From contig CM060731.1 of assembly GCA_030704615.1 (NCBI GenBank), forward strand, positions 47,058,001 to 47,122,000: a stretch of DNA of 64,000 bases, read 5' to 3'. Both the position numbers and the translations under genes were made by a program. The notes below the pieces were generated by a model that saw nothing but the letters and a program-made list of their open reading frames with translations, had not been told where the DNA came from and made no database searches. The stretch is from Takakia lepidozioides (taxonomy: Eukaryota; Plantae; Bryophyta). Below are positions 49,047-61,800 of this stretch, one piece after another; position 1 is the stretch's first letter, and every line of letters begins with the position of its first letter.

Positions 49047-50039
49047 TATTGAAGGTGCTACAAGTTTAGTTTAGTTTTCTTTATGGATTGAGGGTTGCTG
49101 AGACAGGTGAACAAAACAACTCTTCTCATGTGAACCGTATTTTTTGAATTGATGCTCTTGCTATTCTCATGTATGATCACAAGATCCCCTTGTTCAAGGG
49201 CAAGTTCATTTTCCCACATCAAGCCAAATTTTCCTTGTGATAGACATGAATGTGGTATTTTGCTGGTTATTTGCTATATTTAATATGAATAACATTACTA
49301 CTGGTCAATGTGGTTAATAATACAAATATTATCCCATGTTTTAAATAAGCTTTTTATTTAAATGAAACAAAACAAATAATAATTCTAAAATAATAATATA
49401 TTAAATATTAAATCAAGCAGCCAATGGCTTTTGGGGTGTTATCCCATTTATTATAAGAATACCTATACTACAACAACAACAACAATAATAATAATATGAC
49501 TATTTATTTTAGCATTTGTCAATAAATAATAATTGTTTACTTTTCGTCCAATAGGAACAGAATAGTGGATGTGACAGTATTCACACTAGTGTCACTGCGT
49601 TCACACCACGATTTGAACCTGGTGTTAAATCTGAGTGAGAGAAGCCGTAAGAAGAGCCCTTAATATCTATTATTTATTTAATAATTCTGATGGACTCTAT
49701 TACGTGGCATTCCCTTTGACATACATGTGGCAGACATGGTGGCAACGAGGTGTAATAAGTACCGTAGAAAGACCATTAAGATTACTTAGTCAAAATACTA
49801 GTTGAACTGACCAGTCAAAACGGTCGTCAAAATATCTGTCAAAAGAGCCACCTAAACCTACTGCCACATCAGGTGCGAGTTTGGTGTGAGATGGTTTTTT
49901 TCACAGGACCAAGAAAGTTCACATGTGGTGCAAAGGACTGGGTTAACCTAACACCAGGGGGGGGGGGTGTGAACTCGGGCTCTTCTCACACCAAAATGTG
50001 TGAGAAGAGCCGTTAAAAAAACCGGTTTCTCTAGTAGTG

Positions 50040-51440
50040 TAGCGGCCCAATTGATAAAATCAAGCACCTCAACCATGACCACAACTTCTAAAAGAGGATC
50101 AAGAGAGGGAGTCCACAATGCCTCTTCTACTGGGCATGTGAAGATGCTTTGTGAGGCAGGCAGACTGATAGAGGCTCTACAACTTTAAACCAACAAGGCA
50201 TTTCAGCAGATTCAGATATGTCTGTCTGTCTCTTGCTTAAGTGCATGAAGATGAAAGGTCTGGAAGCTGGAAACAGGTGCACACTCACATTATCCAAAAT
50301 GGATTAACGCCAAATGTTTTTCTACTCAACACCCTTGTCAACATGTATGTTAAGTGTGGGAGTATCATGGATGCTCACCAGGTTTTCCACAGAGCGCCTC
50401 AACGATCTTGATCACGTGGAATATAATGTTGGCAGGATTTACCAAGGATGGGTGTGGTAGGAGTGCTTTGGAAACCTATGGGCAACTGCTGCGCGAAGGG
50501 TGAAACCCAACCACATCACATTTGTTTGTGTTTGCCATGCGTGTGCAAGGCTGGGAGCTCTGGAAAATGGGAAAGAGGTCCAAGGTGACATCGTCAAAGT
50601 TGGATTTGTACGAGATGTCATTCTGAACACTGCCCTGGTGGACATGTATGCCAAATGTGGGTGCATTAAGGATGCGAAGGGAGTTTTCAACACTATGGCT
50701 GAATGAGATGTGGTGTCATGGAATGTGGGGGGAATGTGATGCTTGCAGGGTATGCACAGCAGGGACATGGTATGGAGGCTTTGGAGACCTATGATCAAAT
50801 ATTGATGGGGGAAGGGGTGAAGCCCAACCACATCACGTTGCAGCATACTGATACTTCACAGCCATGGCGACTCTCTCAACCCCTCCATTTTTTTTTCTTT
50901 TGGTTTTTTTGGCGCTGGGAGAGAGCAGCAGCTCTGCTGTCTCCTTCCCCTTGCTTATGCCGATCGTTAAAGGGGAAATTGTCATTCTGAACTCTGCCTT
51001 GGTGGACATGTATGCCAAATGTGGGTGTAGCAAGCCTGATGTGAAGGGAGAATTTGACAATATGGCTGAACGAGATGTGGTATTTTGGAGTGCCATGATT
51101 GCAAGGTATGTGCAGCATGGGTATGGGATTAAGGCTTTGGAAACATAAGAGCAAATGATGTGGGAAGGGATGAAGCCAGACCAGGCCGTCATGTTCATTT
51201 GTTTTTGTAATATGCATATGCGAGCCTAGCAGCCCTGGGAAGGGGCAAAGAGGTTTATGGTGACATTATCCAAGCTGGAATTGTACCAGATGTCATTCTG
51301 AACATTCCCCTGGAGTACATCTACGTCAAATGTGAGCCTGGCAGCCCTCTAAAGGGCACAAAGGTCCATGATGACATCGTCAAAACTGGAGTTGTCACTC
51401 TAAACACTGCCTTGGTGGATATGTATGTCAAGGCAGCCCT
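50040..51440 (+). pseudogene. PLS-class PPR pseudogene (continuation of the CACTA-interrupted copy)
   Basis: KPNHITFVCVCHACARLGALENGKEV, LNTALVDMYAKCGCIKDAKGVF and ERDVVFWSAMIARY; stops and frameshifts. Confidence 0.85.
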
Positions 51441-52379
51441 GGAAGTGGATGTCACTTTGGGTGACAAGATAGCTGGCACCACCATTCTCTGGAACTCATT
51501 TTCAAAATGATTTCTAATGTTCTTTTGACATGTCCACGATAGTGCTGGACCTAGCTGCACAGCAGATTATCCTTACTCAATGACTTCAGTTGGGCAGTGA
51601 TCTATGGATATGGCAACCCCCCTCATGTTGGTCATTTGTAGAATGTGGCCAAAACTTGTTTAGCCAAACACTCTTGATATAGACCAGTTTTGAGCCATCC
51701 AAATGTTTTTGGTTCAGACCTGTATTTGTATTATATGTTTTGTTGTATTTGTAATATATTTTCAATGCAGTGCAGCGAATCAAATTTTTTAAATAGAATA
51801 TCCACTAATTCACATACGTACAGATATAAACTAAAAGTAAATGAAAAAAACCAAATAACAGTAATAAACAAAAAAAACCAAATATTAAATAAAAAGCCTC
51901 CCAATATATATATGTATATATGTATATACATCCCCGTGAAACATATTTACTAAAATGTGTCTTTTTTTTACTGAATATTACACTATACAAAGTCAAGCAA
52001 ACTCACTATCACTGATTTACAGTCAAACCGTATACAGTTAAACCATTTTACTACAGTCATAGCCATGTCGCATCCACGTCATACTGTGCTGCCTACACAT
52101 CACCCCCTAGGTTTTACTGTCACATTTCATTGTCAGAACCTGACATCTGGATTCGACTGCTTGACTGAAACGACTTGACTTTTGTCACGCTCGACTATGG
52201 AGGCTGGGAGTAAAAATGTCGCAAACAACTCAAAAATGAGTCAAATACAGAGTTGAAAAGCCCAGCTTGTATTATAGTGAAGGCACATTTGCGGAAATGG
52301 TCGCCACCTTGCAGAGTCTTCAGCTCCAGATGTAAGAACTTTGTACCTCTACCGCCCAATTACAAGGTGATCAATCTCA

Positions 52380-54825
52380 AGATCTTGACAACGCTCTCCA
52401 CAATTTGCAACAACAAATTTCAGAGTTAAAGGAGTCGAATAATGGATCTGCAATCATACGAGTCCCTACTGCAACGGTTCATCTTCAACAGATTACGAGA
52501 GAACCAAGATCAGCATGCCCGAAAAATTTGATGGGACGAGATCAAAATTTCGCGGTTTTGTTCAACAAGTACGATTGTTCCTATGACTATATCAACAACG
52601 CTACCCTGATGAAGGTATTCAAGTGGGATTCGTGGGCACCTTTCTACCAGGCACTGCCCTATCTTGGTTTGTACCGCTATTAGAAAAAAATTCGCATTTA
52701 CTATACAATTTTGAAGCGTTCATATCCGAGTTCACTGCAACGTTTGGAGAGAATGATAGAGAGAGAGTTGCAGAGACAAAGATGCGAAATCTTCGATAAG
52801 GAGCACGTCATGCTTCCGTTTATGTTGCCGAATTTCGACAATTTGCGTGCGATTTCGACTGGAATGAGAAGAGCCTTATTAGTCAATTTCGATATGGGCT
52901 AAAAGATGATGTAAAAGATTTGTTGTTGACAATGCCAAATGTGAGTACATTGAGCGAATTCATCACCCAAGTCATTGCATGCGATAATCGTTTGTTCGAA
53001 AGACGTCAAGAGAAGCGATCTGGATGGTCGACGACGCACTATGCCGCTGCTACTACGGCTCCAAACACAACGATCCCTCAGACATCCGGTAGTGATTCTA
53101 TGCAGATTGATATTGTCCGATTCAAGCCATTGACGCCACAAGAAAAACAAAGACGATGCTTGAATGGATTATGCCGCTATTGCGGAGAAGAAGATCACAT
53201 AGCAATAAACTGCCCCAACAAGAGAAGATTCAAAGCTCGGGGTGCAATTCAAGTGTTCGATACGAGGAGATCGGAAAACGAAGATGTCCAGTCACAGTAG
53301 GGACCATGCAGCTAGACACCACAAATTTCTCACCACAAAAATGTCTCTTTCTACCTCCAGACCCTACACCTTGCTTCACAGTTCCTTTAAAAATCAGAGT
53401 GTAAAATCGAGATATATCTGTAGAAGCACTTTTGGTTTCAGGGGCTTCAGCATGTTTTATTGACAAAAACTTTGCGAAGCAACATAATTTAACGCTCGTA
53501 AAGAAGAAATTATCGGCCCCCGTTGAAGTCATCGATGGACGACAGTTAGCATCAGGGAATGTTGACCATGAAACTCGACCACTTGAAGTGAAATTTAAAG
53601 ATCAAACATCATATATTGTTTTCAACGTCATCTAGTCTCCAATGAATCTTATGATCATTGGAATTCCCTGGTTCGTACTTCATAATCCTGACATCGATTT
53701 GCGATCGCGAAAAATTTCTGCAAGACAAAATTGTAGAAATATCAAATGTAATCAACCCCCGTTCCTTGGAGCTAGAGCTTTCATGAGAGCTACCAAAAAG
53801 GATGTGACATTTGCATTTTATGCGACTCCGATCAAGACCACAACAGACAAAGGTATTTCAACATTACCCACTCAATATCAAGATTTCAAGGATGTCTTCG
53901 AGAAAAAAAATGCAAACATATTGCTAGAACATCGACCTTATGACTGTGCAATTGAGTTACAAGAAGGAGCCCAACCACCATTTGACTCAATCTATAACTT
54001 ATCCCAGATGGAGTTGGCTGCATTCCATGAATACATTGATGAAAATTTGTCGAAGCACTTCATCCAGCATTTGAAATCACATGCGGGGGCACCTATCTTG
54101 TTTGTGAAAAAGAATGACAGATCATTACGCATGTGTGTAGACTATCGCGGTCTCAACAAAGTCAAAATTAAGAATCGTTATCCGTTGCCACTGATTTTTG
54201 GGCTTCTCGACGAACTGGGACGAACAAAGATTTTCACCAAAATTGACTTGAGATGAGCTTATAATCTTGTACGAATAAAAGCAGGAGACGAAGGGGAAAC
54301 AACTTTTCGAACAATGTATGGACAATTTGAATACAATGTTATGCCTTTCGGTCTTACAAATGCTCCAGCAAATTTTCAGCATATGATGAATGACATCTTT
54401 CGAGAATTTTTAGATGACTTTGTAGTCATCTATTTTAGACGACATTTTGATATTTTCACAGAATGAAGAAGAACATGGCCGCCATGTACGCCTTGCCCTT
54501 GATAAATTAAGAGAAAGAGGACTATATACCAAAGTTAAAAAAATGTCTTTTTCATCAATCTGAGATCGAATTTATGGGCTACATTATTTCCGACAAATGC
54601 GTCTTTATGGATCAGAAGAAACTACAAACCATCATCGAGTGGATTAAACCAATTTCGGTTCGAGATGTACAATATTTTCTGGGATTTGCAAATTTCTATA
54701 GAATCTTCATCAAGAATTACTCCAAAATTGCTACACCATTGACACGACTCATAGGAAAGGACAAATTTGTATGGGACGGGAAGGCTGACCAGACATTTGA
54801 AAGGCTGAAGCAGGCATATCATTTG
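52380..54825 (+). mobile_element. Chromovirus-like Ty3/gypsy gag-protease-RT fragment, 3'-truncated
   Basis: PEKFDGTRSKFRGF gag, LCRYCGEEDHIAINC knuckle, protease ALL(V)SGASACF, and [40 protein letters not shown]. The gag stop at 53300 overlaps a -1 frame after GGAAAAC (53273). Confidence 0.9.
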
Positions 54826-55759
54826 TAACTAAGGAGCTTTACCGGATTCTTTTTGTTAAGTAATTGTTATAGGCCATCCTCGACGAGTATATGACTACTA
54901 GGTATGAAGAATATGAAATGATGGGCACATGTGATAATGGTCCGCATACCTTAGCATTACGAAAATATATTATGATTCACTAAAATTCAATATTTTTACA
55001 TGTTTTTGATATTAGAATATATCCTCAGCTGAAGTATAGTCTAAAGAAATCGTTGGCACACTTATGTGTCGGGCTTAAATCAAAAGATATAATTCGAATA
55101 AAAAAAAATCGAGAATTGGATATAGTGTTGGAATAACGTACAAATTGGATATACCAAACTCTGTCGCCTTATGAGATCATCTCCTAAAATAGAGTAATAC
55201 TACAATAGTAGATGGACATTAGATATATCAAACCCCTTTTGCAACGCGAAAATGATCTGTTCAAAGAGATATATTAACAACTAGTTTTACTCGAAGTATA
55301 ATTATGGTGGTATAATGGAAGGGTTCATGAGGGAAAGTACAGTAGGACTTGATTTGATATCCCAACAACGACAAATAATAATTACACATCCATGAGAAGC
55401 AGTTCAAATCCATTAGTTCACCTCCATATGGGTTAAAAAAAGCATGTAGGTTTTTGAACATAAATACTGTCAGACAAAAGTTTCGTGTTGAGAAATTCTT
55501 TTGTTATGGTGAAGCAATTCAAATCCCTCAATTAATCATACCTCTCCATATCGGTTAAAAAACATGCAGGTTTTCGACCACAAACACTGTCAGACAAGGG
55601 TTTCGTGTTGAGAAACTCTTTTGTTATGGCGAAGCAGTTCAAATAATTCAGTTCATATCCCTCTATATTGGTTCAAAAGCATGCATGCCCTCTTGATGTC
55701 TCAAAAACACCATACCAGACCAACACTGGTTTTGCCTCGCTGAATAGGCACAAATGTAC

Positions 55760-57050
55760 TGTATAAATGCACCAGTCCTCTATACCTGCTTATGGTTTTA
55801 TTCCGTTTTGAAAACATATAACTCCTATGACGGAGGTTAAAAAACATAAAGCTCTTGTTGTGCTCACGTGAGCATGCTCACGTTGTGCTCATGCAATACC
55901 AACCCCCAAATCTTACATGCATCTTAAAAATCTAGCTAAAATTCTCGTTATTTGAGTAAGTCTTGTCTGGAAAATCCCAAGGCTGTTCACATATTCCACG
56001 TCTAAGGCTACCCTAAGCATATGATCGAATATTACATTTCAACTTTTGCTCTGAGCCTCGGTAGAGCTTTCATTTTTTTCCTTTTTAAAAGAGTTTAGTT
56101 GTAACTTCATGAGAGGTTGGGTAGCATGCATGCAGACTCACGCCCCTCTGTGCGCCTGCTCTTTGTGAGCAGAAGCGGATAAGCCACAAATTCCTAAAAA
56201 ATTGTCGAGAACTGCTTTAGCGAAACTAAAACGTGCAGAAATTTATGTTCAGGTGAGCACAAGTCTGCCCATGTGAGCACAACCCGTGCGAAGTTGGGGC
56301 ATTGGGCCCCATGCTCGAACGTTTGTCATTACATGGCCCAAGAAGACGCTTTCCATCTAAATCAATAGTGGCATAGGTATTCAATTATGTGATGTTGATA
56401 CTCGTAGCAATCACTAATATGCGAAACTAGACACAATTCATTTTGTTTTGCGTGGATAATGACCTATTGCAATACGCACATAACAATTTGGTAGCGAAAT
56501 AAAACAACCTCACGTTGTCCCTTATATATAAAACCAAACACAACTCATTTTGTTTTGGCCACAAAACCATTGAATAATGACCTACACAACGATACCTTGA
56601 AATTTCGCTGGCAAAACCCAGTACCTTGATTTATTTCGCTAACGAAACCCGTTGTTTGCCTCATTATATTAAATTGTTCAAATTATTGTTTGCTATTTGT
56701 GTGTTTTGGATGGTGTTGGTGATTGTGACTCTGTTCCACTAATGTGTTAATCTTTTGTAAGAACCAAAGTAAATATGTGGAACTTGGAGTTTGTAAATAT
56801 ACATTGTGGGTGCCTATTTCGCATTGGGGTTTAGGGTTTAGGGCTAGAGATAGGGACAGAAATAGGCATAGAAACCCTATAAATGCACCATGTCTCTATA
56901 TTCGCCAATGGTTTTACTCCGTTTTGAAAACACATAATTCATGTGACCACGGTTTAAAAACATAAGATCCCCATGACTGTGGGTTGTGCTTACGCCGTGT
57001 GCTCACGTGAGCAAGGCTCATGTTGTGCTCACGTTCTACCAACCCCCCTT
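55760..57050. repeat. Non-coding segment bounded by degenerate direct repeats with GCTCACGTGAGC palindromes
   Basis: 55762-55908 resembles 56878-57048 (GGTTTTA.TCCGTTTTGAAAACA...GTGCTCACGTGAGCA.GCTCA..TTGTGCTCA...TACCAACCCCC). Confidence 0.55.
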
Positions 57051-58856
57051 CATGAATGGATAAATCTTTAACATTAAGCCTTAACTTCCTACACGACTAT
57101 TGGATGAACCATAGTAACTTTTCAGATGAAGTTGGTTTTCGTTCGTTCTTTCTGCATACTTATCTCTCACGAGGTGGCAGGCATGCCCCAATTCATTGCA
57201 TGTCATTTGGAGCAGTCATGCACCTGTGAATTTTTCTAAATGTCGAAGGGGTCAAAAAAACGGTTGGGTGGAGGGGGCCACGAGAGTTGGCTGGCACTGT
57301 AGCAACCCTGATTGGACCACCCCAGTCCCCAAAAACTGCAAGTTGGTAATGCCGGTTGCGGTCCGCCCGCCGTGACATGATGGCCACCCGTGGCTGGGTG
57401 AGCCAGGTGGCCCTGCAAGTCACGGGGCGCCGATTTCCTTCATTTGGATGCCATATGGCTGTTAACTGATTTCTGATAGGATCCGAGTAAATATGCTCCA
57501 AGTAAATACGCCCCCAAAGAGGTTGGCAGCATGAATATTGTTGATGGCAACGTGCCATCATGGTTAGGTAGACAGAAAAACTGTTGAAAGCAGCCCTACA
57601 TCCAAACTTTTGCCTTTCGCACCAATGGGAGAATAAGGGGACTTGCCAAGATCGCTGTTCCTCCCTTACAATCTTTGGGTTGCACCATATGGCCAGAGCT
57701 CAGCTCCTAGTGCGATGATCTTAGAGGCGTTGAGCTTATGCTCTTGCAAAATCACAATGGAGAGCTCTTGACCTTGACCCTGTCAGATGCATAGGAGCCA
57801 AGACCTCAGACATTCCATGTGGATGGACAAATTCATGGACGATCCTGTTTATGCGTTGCGTTCAGTGAATTAAGGAAACAAAATGAGAAAGGTTTTGATG
57901 TTGAACACCAAAACATCAAAATGTATCACATCCTTGGTACTCTCACCAGCCCACACAATGTTTGTATGCATGGTACTCGATTGCTCAGGGCTTAATACAA
58001 TGTGTAGACTAATATTTCTTTGTTCACGGCTGGGACCAAGCTTAGTATCCCGTATAGAAGACATTTCATGGAGCTAGATGTCAAGATGGGTCAGTTCTCC
58101 CAGATTTACCTTCTCCTGCGGAGGAGCAATGAGAGTTCTTCCAGATTTCTTTAGCCCTGCAACAGGAGCCACGAAGGCACAGGAAGCTGAGTTAGCTATT
58201 TCTCATGGTTGTCATGGGGGGTTCATAAGCGGACAGTCATGGTTTGCTTCTTCCATTTAATGACATTCTGAACTAGCCCGCTTTCAGATGGTGTTTGTTG
58301 ACCAAGCTGTGAGACTTGGCTGCAAAAGACATGATAGCAAAGTGTCAGTCGAGTATTGAATGTAGATGCAGACATTTCCATGTCAGAATATTGCTAGAGT
58401 TTAGTGGTCCAGATTTGGCTCATGTCTTCACGACCAATCTCAATTGTAATAAATGGTTTTCCCTGGTCACGAGTGGTAGATAGTTGATGGGTGTGCACAT
58501 GAATCCTGCTGCACCCAAGCTACAGGACTTGGGACCTCTTGATCTGCAACAGATGCATTGGGATAATGGATGTCATCGTGTCCTTTGCTACTCGTACTGT
58601 TACTGCCAGAGCGGCTGATTCTGCATTGCCATCAACATGCATGCTTCAGAGAACTTCATCCCTCACATATTGAGAGCGCAAGGTCTATGCTAACTTGCAG
58701 CTTTTACAACTAATCCAATCTCTTTTTAAAACAAATAACTTTGAAATCCAGAGGGGCAGGGGGAGGATAAACTGGTGATCAAGCAACTACTATCCTCTAT
58801 CTTATAGCACCTCACACTTGGACTGTCATCCCAAATGGAGGCCAGTGATTACTTTG

Positions 58857-61800
58857 TCAAAAGCGATGGGGAGCAATGGAAGGAGCAGATTTGGCGGCAG
58901 AAAACGGTAGGGGGAGGTTAATCACCTTTACTTCCTGTTGGATTGTTGTGTACAACAGCACTACTGTGTCCAGCAAAAATCGATCTCCGCCATGCCTTGC
59001 CAGCATTGACACTGAAATTGGCACGCCACTCATCTTCCCAACTGGAATGGTCACCTGCCATGCCCATTCACCAGTAACAACCCAATGGGTGCTTACAGGA
59101 GGAAGAGACAAGTATGGAGAGCATAGGATTGGTGTTCTCACTAGTACTCTCAGAATTTCCACCAGCAACACACAACAGATCTCTACAATTCGTCTCAGGT
59201 ACCGTCCCTTCACTGTGTTCAGAAACACACACATCTGTAGTGTCCTCAAGTACAGGTACAGAGGACATTATCGACCAATGTAACTTTGGGATCATTGATC
59301 AACTGCGAAAGTATCACTCAACATATTGGAAGGATCTGTCGGTGTATATATTGGAGATAACCTGAAACAATAGTAGTCAATCTCTCACGAGAATTTTGGA
59401 GCCTCTTTCCATCATTCATGCCTTGCTTGTTCTCTCCCTTGAGTATTCTCTCCCTTGACTTTGTCTACTAGTTTGTTACAGCTATTCAGCATCATGCTGA
59501 GAAGCCATTCCCTCCTTGATCTTCTTCTACAAGCCAATATAGTGGCATTGTCGACCCCAACGAATGGTTTTCAGTTCATAAAATCAGCAATGGAATCATC
59601 AGCAATGATTGTTATATCATACAATAGATCCACACCCTGTCCAAATAGTGAAGCTGAAGTGTGCATGTGTGCAACAAGACACAGCTTGTCCAAGAATGAC
59701 CTCAGCTTGCTATTGGCATAGACCCACCTGACAGCATCCTGACATGGTGGCAATGCTCAGGAGTGTGTGCGCTCTTGTCTCATAGATGCCCAACTCTTCA
59801 GGTTGTGCTAACAGCTTTGGTGGAAATCCCGGTGTTGATGGAAGCACCAACACTATATCATTCTGCACCCGCTATGACACCTATGTGAAAATCGTTTATC
59901 CAGTTTAGATTGTGTAAATGTGCTGTTATGGAAATCTAAGGTACAAGGATGCTCTATCCCATCCTTACTCGATCGTCTCCAGATTCCTCCAAAGATAGTC
60001 AGATAATTTTTGAGTCTGCAAATTTATTTCCATCACTTCAGCCAATGTTTGACTCATAGTCGTACCTTGAGAAGGTGGTTTAGAACCACACGTGCTTCCT
60101 CTCTGACTCTCTGAGCAATCAGCCTCAGGCCTTCTGGAGAATTCTCCAGTGCTCTCTTGACGCGCTCATCCACTTCCGGCGTTAGCTCAGGCTCCATCTT
60201 GCTGATCCACTCCTTGTGGTTACTCTTGAACTCAAACCTGCACAATCGGTGACCTTTGACATTAAGGTTTAATTTAGCTTATCAAACCAGATCTACCCTG
60301 CAGGACGTACTCTGGGTTGTGCTGCTGGGAGACTCGACTCTGGTCAATCATGGGTACTGAATGCCTGGAAGTTGGCTTTCTGAAATATGTTGTGAACAAA
60401 GCAAGACATGGTCATGGTGGCTTTTATTATTCAGCCTGAATTTATGAACAGGTGGATCTCATGATCATTAGAGCTAAGATTGTCTGTCGTATCTGACATA
60501 CTGGCTTTGACGGCATACCTCTTCTTTCCTTGAGATCCCCTAGCAGATATAACCAGAAGATTCAGAAACAATGAGTTTGCTGTACCATTTGTAGTCTTCT
60601 GGAAGAACTGGGACTACCAAGTCTAGCTCCATTAAGTGTTTGTGACTCATAATGCTTTTGCTAGCATTTTCATGGCCCTCTATCACGAGCATCTTTCTTT
60701 ACCTTTCACCTCCAAATAAGGCGAATAAGGAGACAAAACTATTGTGTCCTGAAGTATGAGACACTATTCAGCATTTTCTATTCTTGCAAGACATTTAGCT
60801 AAATTCTGGAAACGCACCGAAGAACCAGAAGCATGCTGTCCCGAAGTGCATCAATCGATGTATAATTGGACGTATCCATACCCAAGCGATCAAACTCAGT
60901 GACGAAAGCCTGTATACTTGATATATTATGGGCCATGTATTCCCCAAGGTTCATGTGATGCAGGAGCGAGCCTGCAAACTCCAACCAACAAAGGTCTCTT
61001 TATCATATGTACTTAATAACCCTGATAAGATACACTTAACCCTGATGAGTTGAGATAGTGAGATACATAACATATGCATAGAATGTACCGATTATGGAAT
61101 ACTGTACTTTTCAGGGTTGGATAGCCTCACAAAACAGATCGATATTATTACAGCGACCAGATAAAATACACATGTAGCTCTCTCCTTAGCGCTTCTCTAT
61201 TTTCCTAAGGTAGCAATGCAAACCTCGCGCAGAAAAAGGACTCTAGCCAAAAGTAGTGTATAACTCTTGCCTCCTTTCAGATCTTATTTGTCCTTCCACA
61301 GTTACTTCTCTGAATGTCTCTCAAAAGGGCTCTGACAACTATGACCCAGACTGGGGGACTAATTCCAACAACCTTAGGAACCTCAGATCCCTTCTAGTGT
61401 CCCCTAAACCAGTGAAGCATTCAGGCGTGATGCCCCAAAGGAAGATATTGACATAAAATTGCGGACCTCATAAATGTTACAGTATTTCCTCCCAGTTCAG
61501 GCAGTAAAAAGCATATACATCAAATGTAGCTATCACCTGACTTGATGTATTTTCTACTATAAATTTGGAACATGAATGTTGAGATTCCACTTGTAAGTTT
61601 TCCGTGTGACACAGGCAAAAACTTCTTATGAGCAAATGGGTAGGTCTGACAAGGGGAATTAGGTCACGGTGGAAAATAGCCTACGTCCAAGGGTCGTCTG
61701 CACTGCCCTTGCTAGCACATCCAGAGTCCTGACTGTGGATAGAGATGACAAACTGAAGAGATCATCAGCAATATAGAAACGCTTGGGTCGCGGAGGATCC

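Larger units (their letters stand above)
43467..50039. mobile_element. Non-autonomous CACTA (En/Spm) transposon, 6,573 bp, carrying captured PPR/PDF fragments
   Basis: TIRs CACTACTAGAGAAACCGGTTTTT / AAAAACCGGTTTCTCTAGTAGTG; subterminal hairpins (43529-43555, 49980-50009). The flanks rejoin into a sequence matching 41960-42560. Confidence 0.92.
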
